This document shows, one piece after another, positions 41,101-50,450 of a DNA stretch of 64,000 bases. Location of the stretch: positions 123,881 to 187,880 of the forward strand of contig JAIOOU010000011.1 in NCBI GenBank assembly GCA_021414245.1. The letters run 5' to 3'. Under the pieces are notes generated by a model, which had not been told where the DNA came from, searched no databases, and saw only the letters and a list, made by a program, of their open reading frames with translations. Position numbers and translations under genes: made by a program. The DNA is from Chloroflexota bacterium. GTDB lineage: Bacteria; Chloroflexota; Anaerolineae; Anaerolineales; Villigracilaceae. The stretch's first letter is position 1. Every line of letters begins with the position of its first letter.

Positions 41101-41581
41101 CATTCAAGATCCCGGAGATGAGGACAGAGGCTCCCTGGGGATCGGAGGCGCTCAGGTTCAACGTCAGGGAGCCGGTGCACCAACTGTTGTTGCTTTGCGC
41201 GCAGTTCAGTACCCCGGAGATTGTCGGCGGTTCGGTTGGGGTCGGGTCCACGCAATCCGGATCACATTGGATTTCCCAGGACAGACAACAGCCGATATCC
41301 CAAGGATTGGTTTTGCTCGGGCAGCCGGGTTCCCCCAGGGCGATCCACTTTGTGCAGACATTGATCTTGCAGGCGTTCGAGCAATTCGGGGCTTTTGCGT
41401 CCACGGCGGTGACCAATGTAATCCGGCCATATTCCTGCAAGGGTTCCCCGCTTGATCTGGATATTTCAGAGGCATTGAGAGCCGGGTACAACCAGATCAG
41501 GACTGCGATCAATAATGCAAGAAAGACCCGGATGGGTTCAAATCGAACAAGGGTCCTTCTTAGTGAGTTGAGGAGTCTCAT
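38159..41581 (-). CDS. Polymorphic toxin: signal/TM, Cys-rich domain, Ig-like repeats, FlgD-like Ig, coiled coil, hydrophobic pre-toxin segment, REase-fold (Tox-REase-5-like) tip
   Basis: Repeats DTTTP...GxN(G/N)W...ASDAGSG; YWNGRDSKGRQVPPGEY; tip FDWYKGDTLIDAK...EAARQ...IEWWV...ITVKWVP; start revised to ATG 41581 (AGGAGG SD). Confidence 0.75.
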   Translation of the reverse strand: MRLLNSLRRTLVRFEPIRVFLALLIAVLIWLYPALNASEISRSSGEPLQEYGRITLVTAVDAKAPNCSNACKINVCTKWIALGEPGCPSKTNPWDIGCCLSWEIQCDPDCVDPTPTEPPTISGVLNCAQSNNSWCTGSLTLNLSASDPQGASVLISGILNGTPFACPNAATSCSIPITSEGAGTISYRVDSATGLFATGSTSYTLDLSTPQINASLLGTSGADNYYISTVTVSASASDAASGVQSFEYSLDNGGSWSSVSSPLDFNDGDYTLLFRATDQAGWGAQTSTQSFSVDTTTPLITISATSTPGNNGWRISPVQFNASASDAGSGLASLTCEVNSAATDCASITLADGIWQVHVTACDRAGLCSDETRNFNVDTTTPTLTLSFLGDLGQNNWYTSAVQVTANASDAGSGIDSLLQSLDNGASWSSVQGPISFTGEGLHSYQLIACDKAGLCTDTGPQQVQIDTIAPTLHLPSSWNLGEPAYYNAEDHGSGLAYASTRVEGRNYTDGLFGASITSELYWNGRDSKGRQVPPGEYDMVVKIFDQAGNEARGRTTVEVDLLSSLLVASLPDHPEGDPTPASSLPTPASSFGGQTGASSVPPQTDTSTSGNTTHSAPLTKDSASIKFGVDSATVPVSNQQTGNILWGAAAAALVGATLADWQKKREEEQRARAQAKQQERREKQVEYDRINRAYQAALDARKAAELATAKDHAAAIEAKLAREDAAEEARYLAAQKEREQAAFDHRMSEHDGDQAMVDAWKAQQEKQTAAAKVLAMPAKDDDPPKWWENLINKGKQSWNNFIDEWAAPSTSSSFLYGKPGWVDLLPPPIKTPVELLYSNTQSDYSEKYVSDSKIVNLTKNIVSYLSGVRTQFINDYTMGLYGWVMGWKPENGNEFYQDGREAGRIISKVVGQIEMAVGGALFASSFSLIPPTTGGAAACAAATGPGAILCFGVGGVALAVEGAAAVGGLIVGGHGGAVVWNNINNPLQIRGDGSNNIPKVGDSVPEKPGIEYTYGRTKKQNALDYEVRVTDRPYRNLEILIKDVDTPSGEVAFDWYKGDTLIDAKFADGNGYKLDLNASWQQGIKDKLLDEAARQLKALDATSQFTEIEWWVSDKDAARQLQKFLNANDFGAITVKWVP

Positions 41582-41715
41582 GAATTTCCTCCTGATGTGC
41601 AATGAGACAACTACTTTTTTCCCGTGATGTGCTTCGTTGTTACGCGGCTATCTCTAAAGTATTTCTGACATTTTACAAGAATTTAAATCCTTTTTCAATA
41701 GGGATTTCCCCTAAA

Positions 41716-41751
41716 TATAAAAGACCCCACAGGCTAAGCCTGTGGGGTCTT
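41716..41751 (-). terminator. ftsZ terminator
   Basis: aagaccccacaggc/gcctgtggggtctt followed by a minus-strand T-run. Confidence 0.75.
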
Positions 41752-41763
41752 GATCGTTTGAGA

Positions 41764-42933
41764 CTAGCGCCGGTTGCGCAGGAAGGTCGGCACGTCCAGA
41801 TCGTCACCGCTGATGGTCGGGCCGGGCACGGACTTGCTCTCGCTCGAGGAGGAGGGCTTGTACTCGGCGTTCACGCTGACTGAGTCGTTCTGGCGCGAGA
41901 AGGGCGTGTTGGAGGCCGAGAGCGGCTTGTCGTTCGAGCGCGGGAGGCGTTCGAGTCCGCGGCGCGGCACGCCGGTCCGCTCGAAACCGGTCGCGATGAC
42001 CGTACAGCGGATCTCGTCGCCCATGTCGGGGTCGATCACGGCGCCGAAGATCATGTTCACATCCGGGTGGGCCGTCTCGCGGATGATGGCGGCGGCCTGG
42101 TTGACCTCGAAGAGGGTCATGTTTGAACCGCCGGTCACATTGAAGAGCACGCCGCGCGCGCCGTCGATGGTGATGTCGAGCAGCTGGCTGGAGATGGCCT
42201 GTTCGGCCGCGATCTTGGCCCGGTCATCACCCGATCCGCGCCCGACGGCCATCAGGGCCGCGCCGCCCTCGGACATGATGGCGCGCACATCGGCGAAGTC
42301 AAGGTTGATCAAGCCGGGGATGGTGATCAATTCGGAGATGCCCTGGATGCCCTGGTGCAGGACCTCATCGGCCATGCGGAAGGCGTCCTGTAGGGAGGAT
42401 TTCTTGTCCGCGAGTTGAAGCAGGCGGTCGTTCGGGATCGAGATCAGGGTGTGCGCATGTTCCCTCATCTTGGTCACACCGATTTCACCAGACTGGGAAC
42501 GCTTGCCGCCTTCAAAGGTAAAGGGACGGGTGACCACACCAATGGTGAGCGCGCCGCATTCCTTGGCCACCTGGGCCACCACGGGAGCCGCACCGGTGCC
42601 GGTGCCGCCACCCATGCCGGCGGTGACGAAGACCATGTCCGCGCCCTTGAGCACATTGTACAGTTCATCGGAGGATTCCTCGGCGGCTTTGCGGCCGACC
42701 TCGGGATCGCCGCCCGCGCCAAGTCCGCGAGTGAGCTTATCGCCCAAACGCACACGGATGGGAGCGCGCGAAAGGGTCAGGGCCTGCGCATCGGTGTTGG
42801 CGGAGATGAATTCCACGCCCTGAATACCCTCTTCCATCATGCGGTTGACGGCGTTCTGGCCTGCTCCACCGACGCCGATCACTTTGATGCGGGCGAAGGC
42901 TTCCGATTGAAGATTTCTTTTGTTCGAGTCCAT
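41764..42933 (-). CDS. ftsZ: Cell division protein FtsZ
   Basis: GGGTGTG tubulin motif, INLDFAD, C-terminal LDVPTFLR; start revised using the GGAGG SD. Confidence 0.98.
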   Translation of the reverse strand: MDSNKRNLQSEAFARIKVIGVGGAGQNAVNRMMEEGIQGVEFISANTDAQALTLSRAPIRVRLGDKLTRGLGAGGDPEVGRKAAEESSDELYNVLKGADMVFVTAGMGGGTGTGAAPVVAQVAKECGALTIGVVTRPFTFEGGKRSQSGEIGVTKMREHAHTLISIPNDRLLQLADKKSSLQDAFRMADEVLHQGIQGISELITIPGLINLDFADVRAIMSEGGAALMAVGRGSGDDRAKIAAEQAISSQLLDITIDGARGVLFNVTGGSNMTLFEVNQAAAIIRETAHPDVNMIFGAVIDPDMGDEIRCTVIATGFERTGVPRRGLERLPRSNDKPLSASNTPFSRQNDSVSVNAEYKPSSSSESKSVPGPTISGDDLDVPTFLRNRR

Positions 42934-43038
42934 GTGTTCCTCCTGGCAAGGATTTGCCAATCTTAAACGAGAATGCTGAAATTAAACAGGGTTAACAATA
43001 ATCTGTTTTTCATGTGCCCATTGACAAGGGCGGGTTTC

Positions 43039-44280
43039 CTAGGGTAACAATCTTCCGAACCAGTTCTTGATCGAGTCCAGATTCATATTTTTCTCTCCTC
43101 TTGTTCTGCGTTTCCTGCCGCCGCCCGAAGAGACGACGTCATGATCGCGCATGGTGGTGGCCCAGCGCAGCAACCCCACGCTGGTGGAATAGGCGGGTGA
43201 ATCCAGTTTGTCCACCAGTCCGGTCAGGCCTTCCGGCTGGGCTGTGCGCACACTCATTCCCAGCACTTCGCTTGCGATCCGATTAATGCCGGGCAGCGCG
43301 GAGGTGCCGCCCGTTAATACCATGCCGGCCGGCAGCAGGCCGTCGTAGCCGGAGCGTTTGATCTCCTGCATGATCAGGCCAAAGGTCTCCTCAATGCGCG
43401 CTTCGATGATATGCGCGAGGTCCTGGCGGTTGATGCGCACATCCTTATCCTCGCCAAAGGGGCGGATCGAGAAGAATTCCTCGGCCCCCACCTCGGACCG
43501 GATGGCATAGCCCTGCTGCTTCTTGACTTCCTCCGCCTGTGTCAGGGGCAGGCGCAGTCCGTGCGCGATGTCCTGGGTCAGATGATTGCCGCCCACAGCC
43601 AGCACCATCGTGTGCCAGACATCCCCGTTGACATAGATCGCCAGGTCGGTGGTTCCGCCGCCGATGTCGCAAACGGCCACCCCCATTTCACGCTCCTGCT
43701 CGGTCAAAACCACCTCGGCGGAAGCGAGCGGATTTAATACGAATTGCTGGATCTCCACACCGGCGGCGGCCACGCATTGGCGGATGTTATCCACCGTGGC
43801 TGCGGCGGCGGTGATGATATGCGTCTCCACTTCGAGTTTGAAACCATGCATGCCCACCGGAGTGCGCACGCCTTCCTGCCCATCCACCGTGATCCCGCGC
43901 TGAATGACGTGGATGATCTCCCGGTCATGCGGAATGGCGACAGCCTGGGCCTGTTCCAGCGCGCGGGCCACATCCACCGCATCGATGATCCCGCCCGGGA
44001 TGCCGGCCGCGCCGCGGCTGTTGACCGAGGAGACGTGCGCGCCCGCCAGGCTGACCAGCGCGGTGGTAATCTCCAGGCCGGAGGTGCGCTCCGCCTTTTC
44101 CACCGAGCGCTTGATGGCAGCCGAGGCAGCCGCCAAATCCACAACGATGCCCTTGCGGACCCCGTCCGAGGGTTCGATGCCGACGCCCAGGATGCGCAGG
44201 GAATTGGAATCCTCCACGCGCCCGACCAGGGTGCAGATCTTGGTGGTACCTACGTCAATGCCGACCACGATTTCATCCAT
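43039..44280 (-). CDS. ftsA: Cell division protein FtsA
   Basis: GIDVGTTK, CDIGGGTTD, LTGG actin-like motifs. Confidence 0.97.
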   Translation of the reverse strand: MDEIVVGIDVGTTKICTLVGRVEDSNSLRILGVGIEPSDGVRKGIVVDLAAASAAIKRSVEKAERTSGLEITTALVSLAGAHVSSVNSRGAAGIPGGIIDAVDVARALEQAQAVAIPHDREIIHVIQRGITVDGQEGVRTPVGMHGFKLEVETHIITAAAATVDNIRQCVAAAGVEIQQFVLNPLASAEVVLTEQEREMGVAVCDIGGGTTDLAIYVNGDVWHTMVLAVGGNHLTQDIAHGLRLPLTQAEEVKKQQGYAIRSEVGAEEFFSIRPFGEDKDVRINRQDLAHIIEARIEETFGLIMQEIKRSGYDGLLPAGMVLTGGTSALPGINRIASEVLGMSVRTAQPEGLTGLVDKLDSPAYSTSVGLLRWATTMRDHDVVSSGGGRKRRTRGEKNMNLDSIKNWFGRLLP

Positions 44281-44285
44281 CTTGA

Positions 44286-45284
44286 TTATTGTCCATTATC
44301 CAAGGTTAGTTCCTGAACGTTGGTTTCCGCCATTCGATAGAAGGGCGCATCAGGATAGACCACGCTGATAAATGCGGGCGATTTGCCGCGGCTCGCGAGG
44401 GAATCCACCAGGGATTGATACACGCGCACCTTTAAAGCCATGTCCTTCGAACTCGTGCCAAAGAAAGCCTGCCATCCGCGGCTGTCGTTCCAGCCCAGTC
44501 CATAGACTGGGTCGAAGATCATCGAGGAACCAGCCGGAACGTTCGGAGCCAGGGTCAGGATCGCATCCACCATTTCCTTTTGCAAAAAGGGCGGAGGGCT
44601 GAGCGGGTCCGATGACGGGGAGGCGCCCTGTGTCGGAAGGGCCAGACCGTTCACGGCGATCAACCCGGCCACATCGCCGCGCGGACGAAACGCCACGCCT
44701 GCGGAATCGATCCAGGTATAGGCATCCCCCTGACGCCAGACGATCACAGGCTGGCGCTCGGTCAACGTGATGTAGACGTGGTTCGGCAGGTAGGCATCCA
44801 CCTGTGCGGAAGCCAGCTCGGGATAGTTCATGCGCAGGCGGGCCGCCATCTCATTTGGCTGGACCGTAAAGATGGACTGTCCCGTCAATCCCAACACAGA
44901 CTGGATTTCCTCACGGGTCAGACGCTGGTTGCCGAGCACCGTGGCGCCTGAAATGCGAAAGTACGATAGCGTGAGTCCAAGATAGAGCATCACGATGATC
45001 GAAACAACAATGGAAAAGGAAACCACCCGCCAGCGGGTCGAGCGCTTCGAAAAGGCCGCCGGGCGATGCAAGTGGATCTCGGGCAGTCCGAGCGCCACAT
45101 GGAAACGGCGGGAGGGTTCGGCCCGCATGGGTTTTACCATCGGCCGTGCAGGAACCGCGCGGGTCGTTACCGAGCGGACCGGAACGGAGGGACGCACTGC
45201 CGTCTGCTGGTATTCCCTGGCGGCCCGCTGGGCGCGTCTGCGGCGTACGATCTCGGCGCGGCTGAGTTCGCGTTTCTCGCTCAT
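44286..45284 (-). CDS. ftsQ: FtsQ/DivIB-like POTRA protein
   Basis: Basic N-terminus, single TM, GNQRLTREEI POTRA, YLPNHVYITLTERQP; ATGA overlap with ddl. Confidence 0.8.
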   Translation of the reverse strand: MSEKRELSRAEIVRRRRAQRAAREYQQTAVRPSVPVRSVTTRAVPARPMVKPMRAEPSRRFHVALGLPEIHLHRPAAFSKRSTRWRVVSFSIVVSIIVMLYLGLTLSYFRISGATVLGNQRLTREEIQSVLGLTGQSIFTVQPNEMAARLRMNYPELASAQVDAYLPNHVYITLTERQPVIVWRQGDAYTWIDSAGVAFRPRGDVAGLIAVNGLALPTQGASPSSDPLSPPPFLQKEMVDAILTLAPNVPAGSSMIFDPVYGLGWNDSRGWQAFFGTSSKDMALKVRVYQSLVDSLASRGKSPAFISVVYPDAPFYRMAETNVQELTLDNGQ

Positions 45285-46393
45285 GCCGTCCTCCGGTGTT
45301 CGGTGTGGTCGCGCTGGGCCTTGCGTTCCAAAGCCAGTTCGATCAAACGATCCACCAACTGCGGATAGGTCATACCGCTGGCCTGCCAGAGCTTCGGATA
45401 CATGCTGATCGAGGTAAAGCCCGGAATGGTGTTCAATTCGTTCAAATAGATCCTGTTCGTGTCCTGCTCGACAAAGAAATCGGCCCGCGCCATGCCGGCG
45501 CAATCAATGGCCTTGTAGGCACTGACCGCATAGGCGCGGATCTGGTCACTGACCTGCGCGGGAAGTTCCGCGGGGATCATCAAGCCGGAGGTGCCGTCCA
45601 CATACTTCGATTCGTACGAATAAAATTCGCGGCTGGGCAGCACTTCGCCGCATACAGAAGTCTGCGGGTCTTCATTACCCAGCACACTGACCTCGATCTC
45701 ACGCACATGACCGACACCGCGCTCGATGATCACACGGCGGTCATAGCGGGCAGCCTCCATCAATCCCTCTCCGAAATCGGAGCGCGAATTGCATTTGCTG
45801 ATGCCGACCGAGGAACCCAGGTTGGCGGGTTTGGTAAAGAAGGGATATGCGCCCAGCGCCTCGGCTTTCGCAATGACCGCGTTCATATCCTTTTCGATCT
45901 CACCTCGCAGCACAAGCAGGGACTCGACGATCGGAATGCCGTTCGCACGCATCACATCCTTGAAAATTCCCTTGTCCATGCCGACCGAGGAACCCGCCAC
46001 GCCTGCGCCCACATAGGCCACGTCGGCAAGTTCCAGCAATCCCTGCAGGGTGCCGTCCTCTCCAAACGGTCCGTGCAGAACCGGGAAGAAGACATCCACA
46101 CCCGCCAGGGTCTCGAGCTTGTCGCCCATTTTTGTCGAACGGATCACATAAACCGATTGATGGTCCGGCTCGGTCGGAGGCACGACCCGTTCGAGGCTTT
46201 TGAAATCGCCTTTCTCAAAAGCAGCCAGGGCGTTGTCACCGGTCAGCCAGTCGCCGTCGAGGGTGATCCCGATCTGGATCACTTCATATCGCTGCAGGTC
46301 CAATGCAGCCAGCACGGAACGTGCGGACATGAGGGAGACATCATGTTCGCCCGAGCGGCCGCCGAACAACACTGCAATTCGAAGTTTCTTCAT
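45281..46393 (-). CDS. ddl: D-alanine--D-alanine ligase
   Basis: GGRSGEHDVS, LHGPFGEDG, GSSVG, NELNTIPG. Confidence 0.97.
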   Translation of the reverse strand: MKKLRIAVLFGGRSGEHDVSLMSARSVLAALDLQRYEVIQIGITLDGDWLTGDNALAAFEKGDFKSLERVVPPTEPDHQSVYVIRSTKMGDKLETLAGVDVFFPVLHGPFGEDGTLQGLLELADVAYVGAGVAGSSVGMDKGIFKDVMRANGIPIVESLLVLRGEIEKDMNAVIAKAEALGAYPFFTKPANLGSSVGISKCNSRSDFGEGLMEAARYDRRVIIERGVGHVREIEVSVLGNEDPQTSVCGEVLPSREFYSYESKYVDGTSGLMIPAELPAQVSDQIRAYAVSAYKAIDCAGMARADFFVEQDTNRIYLNELNTIPGFTSISMYPKLWQASGMTYPQLVDRLIELALERKAQRDHTEHRRTA

Positions 46394-46414
46394 ATCGTCA
46401 ATTCGCCGGAACGA

Positions 46415-47344
46415 TCACTCGTCCCATTCTCCAAGCAATTCCACTTCCAACTCCAGCCGCACATTGAATTTTTGTGCAACCGTTTCCTGCGCCAGTCGAA
46501 TCAAGGCGCGAACATCCTGCGCCCTGGTCTCGCCGTGGTTGATCATGAAATTTCCGTGCAGCCTGCTGATCTCAGCGTTGCCGATGCGCGTCCCTTTCAG
46601 GTCCGCGGCTTCAATCAAACGGCCTGCATGATCGCCCGCAGGGTTTTTGAACATTGAACCCATGCTCGCACCGGGAGGTTGCGTGGCTTTTCGGCGTTCG
46701 CTGAATTCTTCAATTTTAGCCGACACTTCCTCTTTTGTCCCATTTTTTAATCTCAACAATGCCGAAAGGACCACTGTTGTTCCATCACCGCGTTTTAAAA
46801 CGCTGCTGCGATACCCGTATTGCATTTGTTCGGCCGAATATTTTTCAACACCATGTTCGGTCAGCAGGTCAGCCCAGATCAAATTCCCGGACATGTCACC
46901 GCCGAAGGCGCCAGCATTCCCATACACCGCCCCGCCGATCGTGCCCGGGACCGTGGCCGCCCATTCCAGTCCAGCATAGCCTTTGGACGCGCAGCGATTC
47001 GCGAGATTGCTGAAGACCACACCCGCCTCGCACCAGACCGTGGGCTGGTCGCCGCCTTCGAAACGCACTTCCTTGGCCCGATTCAAAACCACCACCCCGC
47101 GCACCCCGCGGTCACTGACCAGCACATTCGAGCCGCCTCCCAATACATGATAAGGTATCCGCCCTTCCCGGAGAACCGTAATAACATCCCTTAATTGGGT
47201 GGCAGATTTGACCATAACCAGAACATCAGCCGGCCCCCCGATCCGCGCGGATGTATACGGCGCAAGCATGACATTCTGCTGCACGGCATCGCCAAAATGA
47301 AGGCGTAATACATCAACGGGGCGGACGGTAGCGGTCATAGCCAT
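46415..47344 (-). CDS. murB: UDP-N-acetylenolpyruvoylglucosamine reductase
   Basis: GGGSNVL, VPGTIGGAVYGNAGA, GSMFKNP, HGNFMIN. Confidence 0.96.
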   Translation of the reverse strand: MAMTATVRPVDVLRLHFGDAVQQNVMLAPYTSARIGGPADVLVMVKSATQLRDVITVLREGRIPYHVLGGGSNVLVSDRGVRGVVVLNRAKEVRFEGGDQPTVWCEAGVVFSNLANRCASKGYAGLEWAATVPGTIGGAVYGNAGAFGGDMSGNLIWADLLTEHGVEKYSAEQMQYGYRSSVLKRGDGTTVVLSALLRLKNGTKEEVSAKIEEFSERRKATQPPGASMGSMFKNPAGDHAGRLIEAADLKGTRIGNAEISRLHGNFMINHGETRAQDVRALIRLAQETVAQKFNVRLELEVELLGEWDE

Positions 47345-47407
47345 TTTTCCAGGGAATTCTTCCTGCCTGTAATTTCACTCGTTTTTGTCGTCTTTTTCAT
47401 TATCATC

Positions 47408-48793
47408 TCACAGACCCTTCAATACATTCGTGCTGATCTGGTCCGCATCCCCGGCGGAGAGAACCAGCAAAATGTCCCCGGAGCGCAGATTCTTGAGCAG
47501 GTACTGCGTCGTCTTTTCAAGCGAGCCCGTGTAATGTGCAGAGGAATGCGGCATGGCGCTCACCACTTCGGCGGACGAGAAATCCTGTTTCGGCTCGCGC
47601 GAGGCGTAGATCTCGGTCACCAGTACCTCGTTCGCATCGGAGAAAGCCCGCGAGAATTCATAGAACAGCGTCTGCGTGCGGGAGTAGGTATGCGGCTGCC
47701 AGACCGCCCAGATGCGATGGTTGGGATAACGCGCCTTCGCCCCCGCCAGGGTGGCACGGATCTCGGTGGGATGATGGGCATAATCATCAATCACCGTCAC
47801 TCCCTTGCGCTCGCCGCGCACTTCGAACCGGCGTCCCGTCCCGCTGAACTCACCCAAGGCATCCGCTGCTTCCTGCAAGGACAGCCCCAGCGTGGCGATC
47901 ACGGACAAAGTAGCCAGCGCATTGCGCACATTGTGCTCGCCAGGTACCTGCAGGGAGACCTTTATGGTGGAAGCGGCATCCGAAGTCATATTGGTAATGA
48001 CCAGAAAGTCATAGCCGCCGCGATCATTGGGCTTCAGCGAGCGGGCCTGGATCCACTGCGGGGTATTGATGGTCATATCCCCGCGCAGGGTGTAGGAGAC
48101 AACATTCATTCCCTTGCGGCGCGCGTAATTCAGAAGCGAAGCGGCACCCTCATCCTCGGCGCTGGCAATCAAGCTTCCATCCGAGGGCAGCAACCCCACG
48201 AAACTCTTGAAGGCCGAAACCATATCCTCATACTTGGGATAACAATCGGGGTGATCGTGTTCAAGGTTGGTGATCACTTCGATGCGCGGTTTCAAGCCCA
48301 GGAACATGCGGTCATATTCATCGGCTTCGATCACGAAGGGATCACCCTGGCCTGCACGCGCATTGACCTTTAAGTTATTCAGCGTACCGCCCACAATGAA
48401 GGAGGGATCGCGGTCCATGGCATACAGGGTCCATGCGATCATGGCGGTGGTGGTGGTCTTGCCATGGGTTCCAGCCACCGCAATGCCGGTTTTGCCGGAC
48501 ATCAATTGACCGAGAAAATCCGAACGCTTGTAGACCGGGATGCCCGCATGCCTGGCCGCCTCCACCTCGGGATTATCATCAGGGATCGCGGAGGAACGGA
48601 TGACGAATTCGGCGCCGGTCACATTGCGCGGGTGATGACCGATGTAGATCGTAACACCGTCGTTCTGCAGGTCCACCGCGAACTGCGAGAGCGATCGATC
48701 CGAACCGGACACCTCATAGCCGCTCTCTTTAAGCAGGCGCGCGATGGCAGAAAGCCCCGAACCGCCAATGCCGATGAAGTGAACCCGTTTCAT
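47408..48793 (-). CDS. murC: UDP-N-acetylmuramate--L-alanine ligase
   Basis: HFIGIGGSGLS, GTHGKTTTT, EADEYD, DDYAHHPTE. Confidence 0.97.
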   Translation of the reverse strand: MKRVHFIGIGGSGLSAIARLLKESGYEVSGSDRSLSQFAVDLQNDGVTIYIGHHPRNVTGAEFVIRSSAIPDDNPEVEAARHAGIPVYKRSDFLGQLMSGKTGIAVAGTHGKTTTTAMIAWTLYAMDRDPSFIVGGTLNNLKVNARAGQGDPFVIEADEYDRMFLGLKPRIEVITNLEHDHPDCYPKYEDMVSAFKSFVGLLPSDGSLIASAEDEGAASLLNYARRKGMNVVSYTLRGDMTINTPQWIQARSLKPNDRGGYDFLVITNMTSDAASTIKVSLQVPGEHNVRNALATLSVIATLGLSLQEAADALGEFSGTGRRFEVRGERKGVTVIDDYAHHPTEIRATLAGAKARYPNHRIWAVWQPHTYSRTQTLFYEFSRAFSDANEVLVTEIYASREPKQDFSSAEVVSAMPHSSAHYTGSLEKTTQYLLKNLRSGDILLVLSAGDADQISTNVLKGL

Positions 48794-48822
48794 GATCTCT
48801 GCCGATGTCCTTGTGAACAGGA

Positions 48823-49353
48823 TTAGATATACACCACAATGATAAAGATAAGAATAATGATGACCGCAAAATAAATACCCGGCTCGCCCAGCAGGCGCGG
48901 CGGCATATATTTCATCATCAGGTCCACGGCCTGGATGATGGCCGGGTCGGTGGCGGGGCTGATGATATTCTTGTAGGGATATTCAGCCACATGATTGTAG
49001 AAGAGGATGGTGCCGGCTACGAAATATCCGTTGATCCCGCCCAATACCGCGCCGAAGAGCGCATCCTGCAGCCGTTCGCGCGCCGCCTTGGAGGCCAGGC
49101 GCGGAATGGAGGCAACGGTCTGATAGCCGAAATACACCAGAGCCAGCAGGATGATGGTGCGGATCCAGAAAACGGAGCTGCTGTTATCGGGCAGGTCGCG
49201 CACGAGGGGGATATATTTCTCCAGCAGCAGATTGACAGCCAGGGATGTGATCACGCTGAAAGCGACCAGCAATTCCTTCGCCCAGCCGCGCATGGCGCCG
49301 ATCACCGCAAAGAGAATGACGTACATCCAAAAGACATAAACAATACTCATCAT
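48823..49353 (-). CDS. CvpA (colicin V production)-like membrane protein
   Basis: GAMRGWAKEL and ALFGAVLGGINGY patterns; five hydrophobic segments. Confidence 0.75.
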   Translation of the reverse strand: MMSIVYVFWMYVILFAVIGAMRGWAKELLVAFSVITSLAVNLLLEKYIPLVRDLPDNSSSVFWIRTIILLALVYFGYQTVASIPRLASKAARERLQDALFGAVLGGINGYFVAGTILFYNHVAEYPYKNIISPATDPAIIQAVDLMMKYMPPRLLGEPGIYFAVIIILIFIIVVYI

Positions 49354-50450
49354 AAGGGCTGTTCTCCTGCCAGTTTAACCAACTGGCTGGCGATTGCGTC
49401 CGCCGCCTGGGGATGGGATAGTTTTTTCATGGCGCTACGCATGGCTTCGAGCTTGTGATTGTTCAATAAAAGGTCCTTGAGCACAGGCAGGAGTTTATCT
49501 TCCAACAACTCATCCTGCAAGATGAGTGCCGCGTTTTGCTGAGCCAGAAAATCCGCGTTGACCTTTTGATATCTCCAGGCATACGGATACGGGACCAGCA
49601 CCGCGGGAAGATTAAAGAATGGATATTCACCCAGTGCAGAAGCGCCCGCCCGCGAGAGCACCAGGTCCGCGGCTGCCAGGGCGGCACCCATCTCATGAAG
49701 ATAGGGCATGACATGGTAACGGGAGCGGATCGGCTGCGCCAATTCCTTCGCGGCCTGTTCGAGGACAGGCCAATCAAGGGAGCCGGTAATGTGGATGATC
49801 CGCGCGATCTTCAACAGTTCCGGCAAATGATTCCGGATGGCGGTGTTGATGGAACGCGCACCCTTGCTCCCGCCAGTGACCAGCAGGGTGGGCATTTCAC
49901 GTGAAGCGTCCAGTCCAAAGTGCCGGATCGCTTTTTCGCGGGACCAGTTCAGGAGGTCCGCACGAAGCGGGTAGCCCGAGAGAACGAGCCTCTCCGGGCG
50001 GGGGAAATATTTTTTTGAGTCCGGCGCGGTCACCGTGATGACATCCGCAAACCGGGAAAGGAATTTAAGGGCCAGTCCCGGTTCGATATCGGGCACATAC
50101 AGAACGGTTGGAATCCTTCGGCCGGCCAGCGCCATGGGGGCTGCCACATATCCGCCGGTGAAGAAGAGCACATCGGGTTTGAACTCACGCAAAATACGCC
50201 GTGAGGCCATCACGCCGCGCGTCAGTTTCGCGATGTTGCCCGGCAGTGCACGCAGGCCGACACCATGGACACCGGCTGCAGGGATGGAACGATACTGGAT
50301 GCCCGCGCGATTCACGAGTTCCTCCTCCATTCCGCCTTCGCCGCCAACCCACAGGGTCTCAACGCTGCGTTTACTGATGAGCGCGCTGTGCACGGCGAGC
50401 GCGGGATACACTCCGCCGCCCGTTCCACCAGCGCATATTAACAACCGCAC
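49350..50450 (-). CDS. murG: Undecaprenyl-PP-MurNAc-pentapeptide GlcNAc transferase
   Basis: GGTGGGVYP, TGGYVA, GGSKGA, SRAGAS; GTG start with GGAGG SD. Confidence 0.93.
   Translation of the reverse strand: MRLLICAGGTGGGVYPALAVHSALISKRSVETLWVGGEGGMEEELVNRAGIQYRSIPAAGVHGVGLRALPGNIAKLTRGVMASRRILREFKPDVLFFTGGYVAAPMALAGRRIPTVLYVPDIEPGLALKFLSRFADVITVTAPDSKKYFPRPERLVLSGYPLRADLLNWSREKAIRHFGLDASREMPTLLVTGGSKGARSINTAIRNHLPELLKIARIIHITGSLDWPVLEQAAKELAQPIRSRYHVMPYLHEMGAALAAADLVLSRAGASALGEYPFFNLPAVLVPYPYAWRYQKVNADFLAQQNAALILQDELLEDKLLPVLKDLLLNNHKLEAMRSAMKKLSHPQAADAIASQLVKLAGEQPL

Noticed and set aside
19208-41600. Prophage, ICE or IS origin of the two AT-rich regions
   Set aside because: No integrase, transposase, tRNA target or clear att repeats were seen; treated as variable islands of unknown mechanism.
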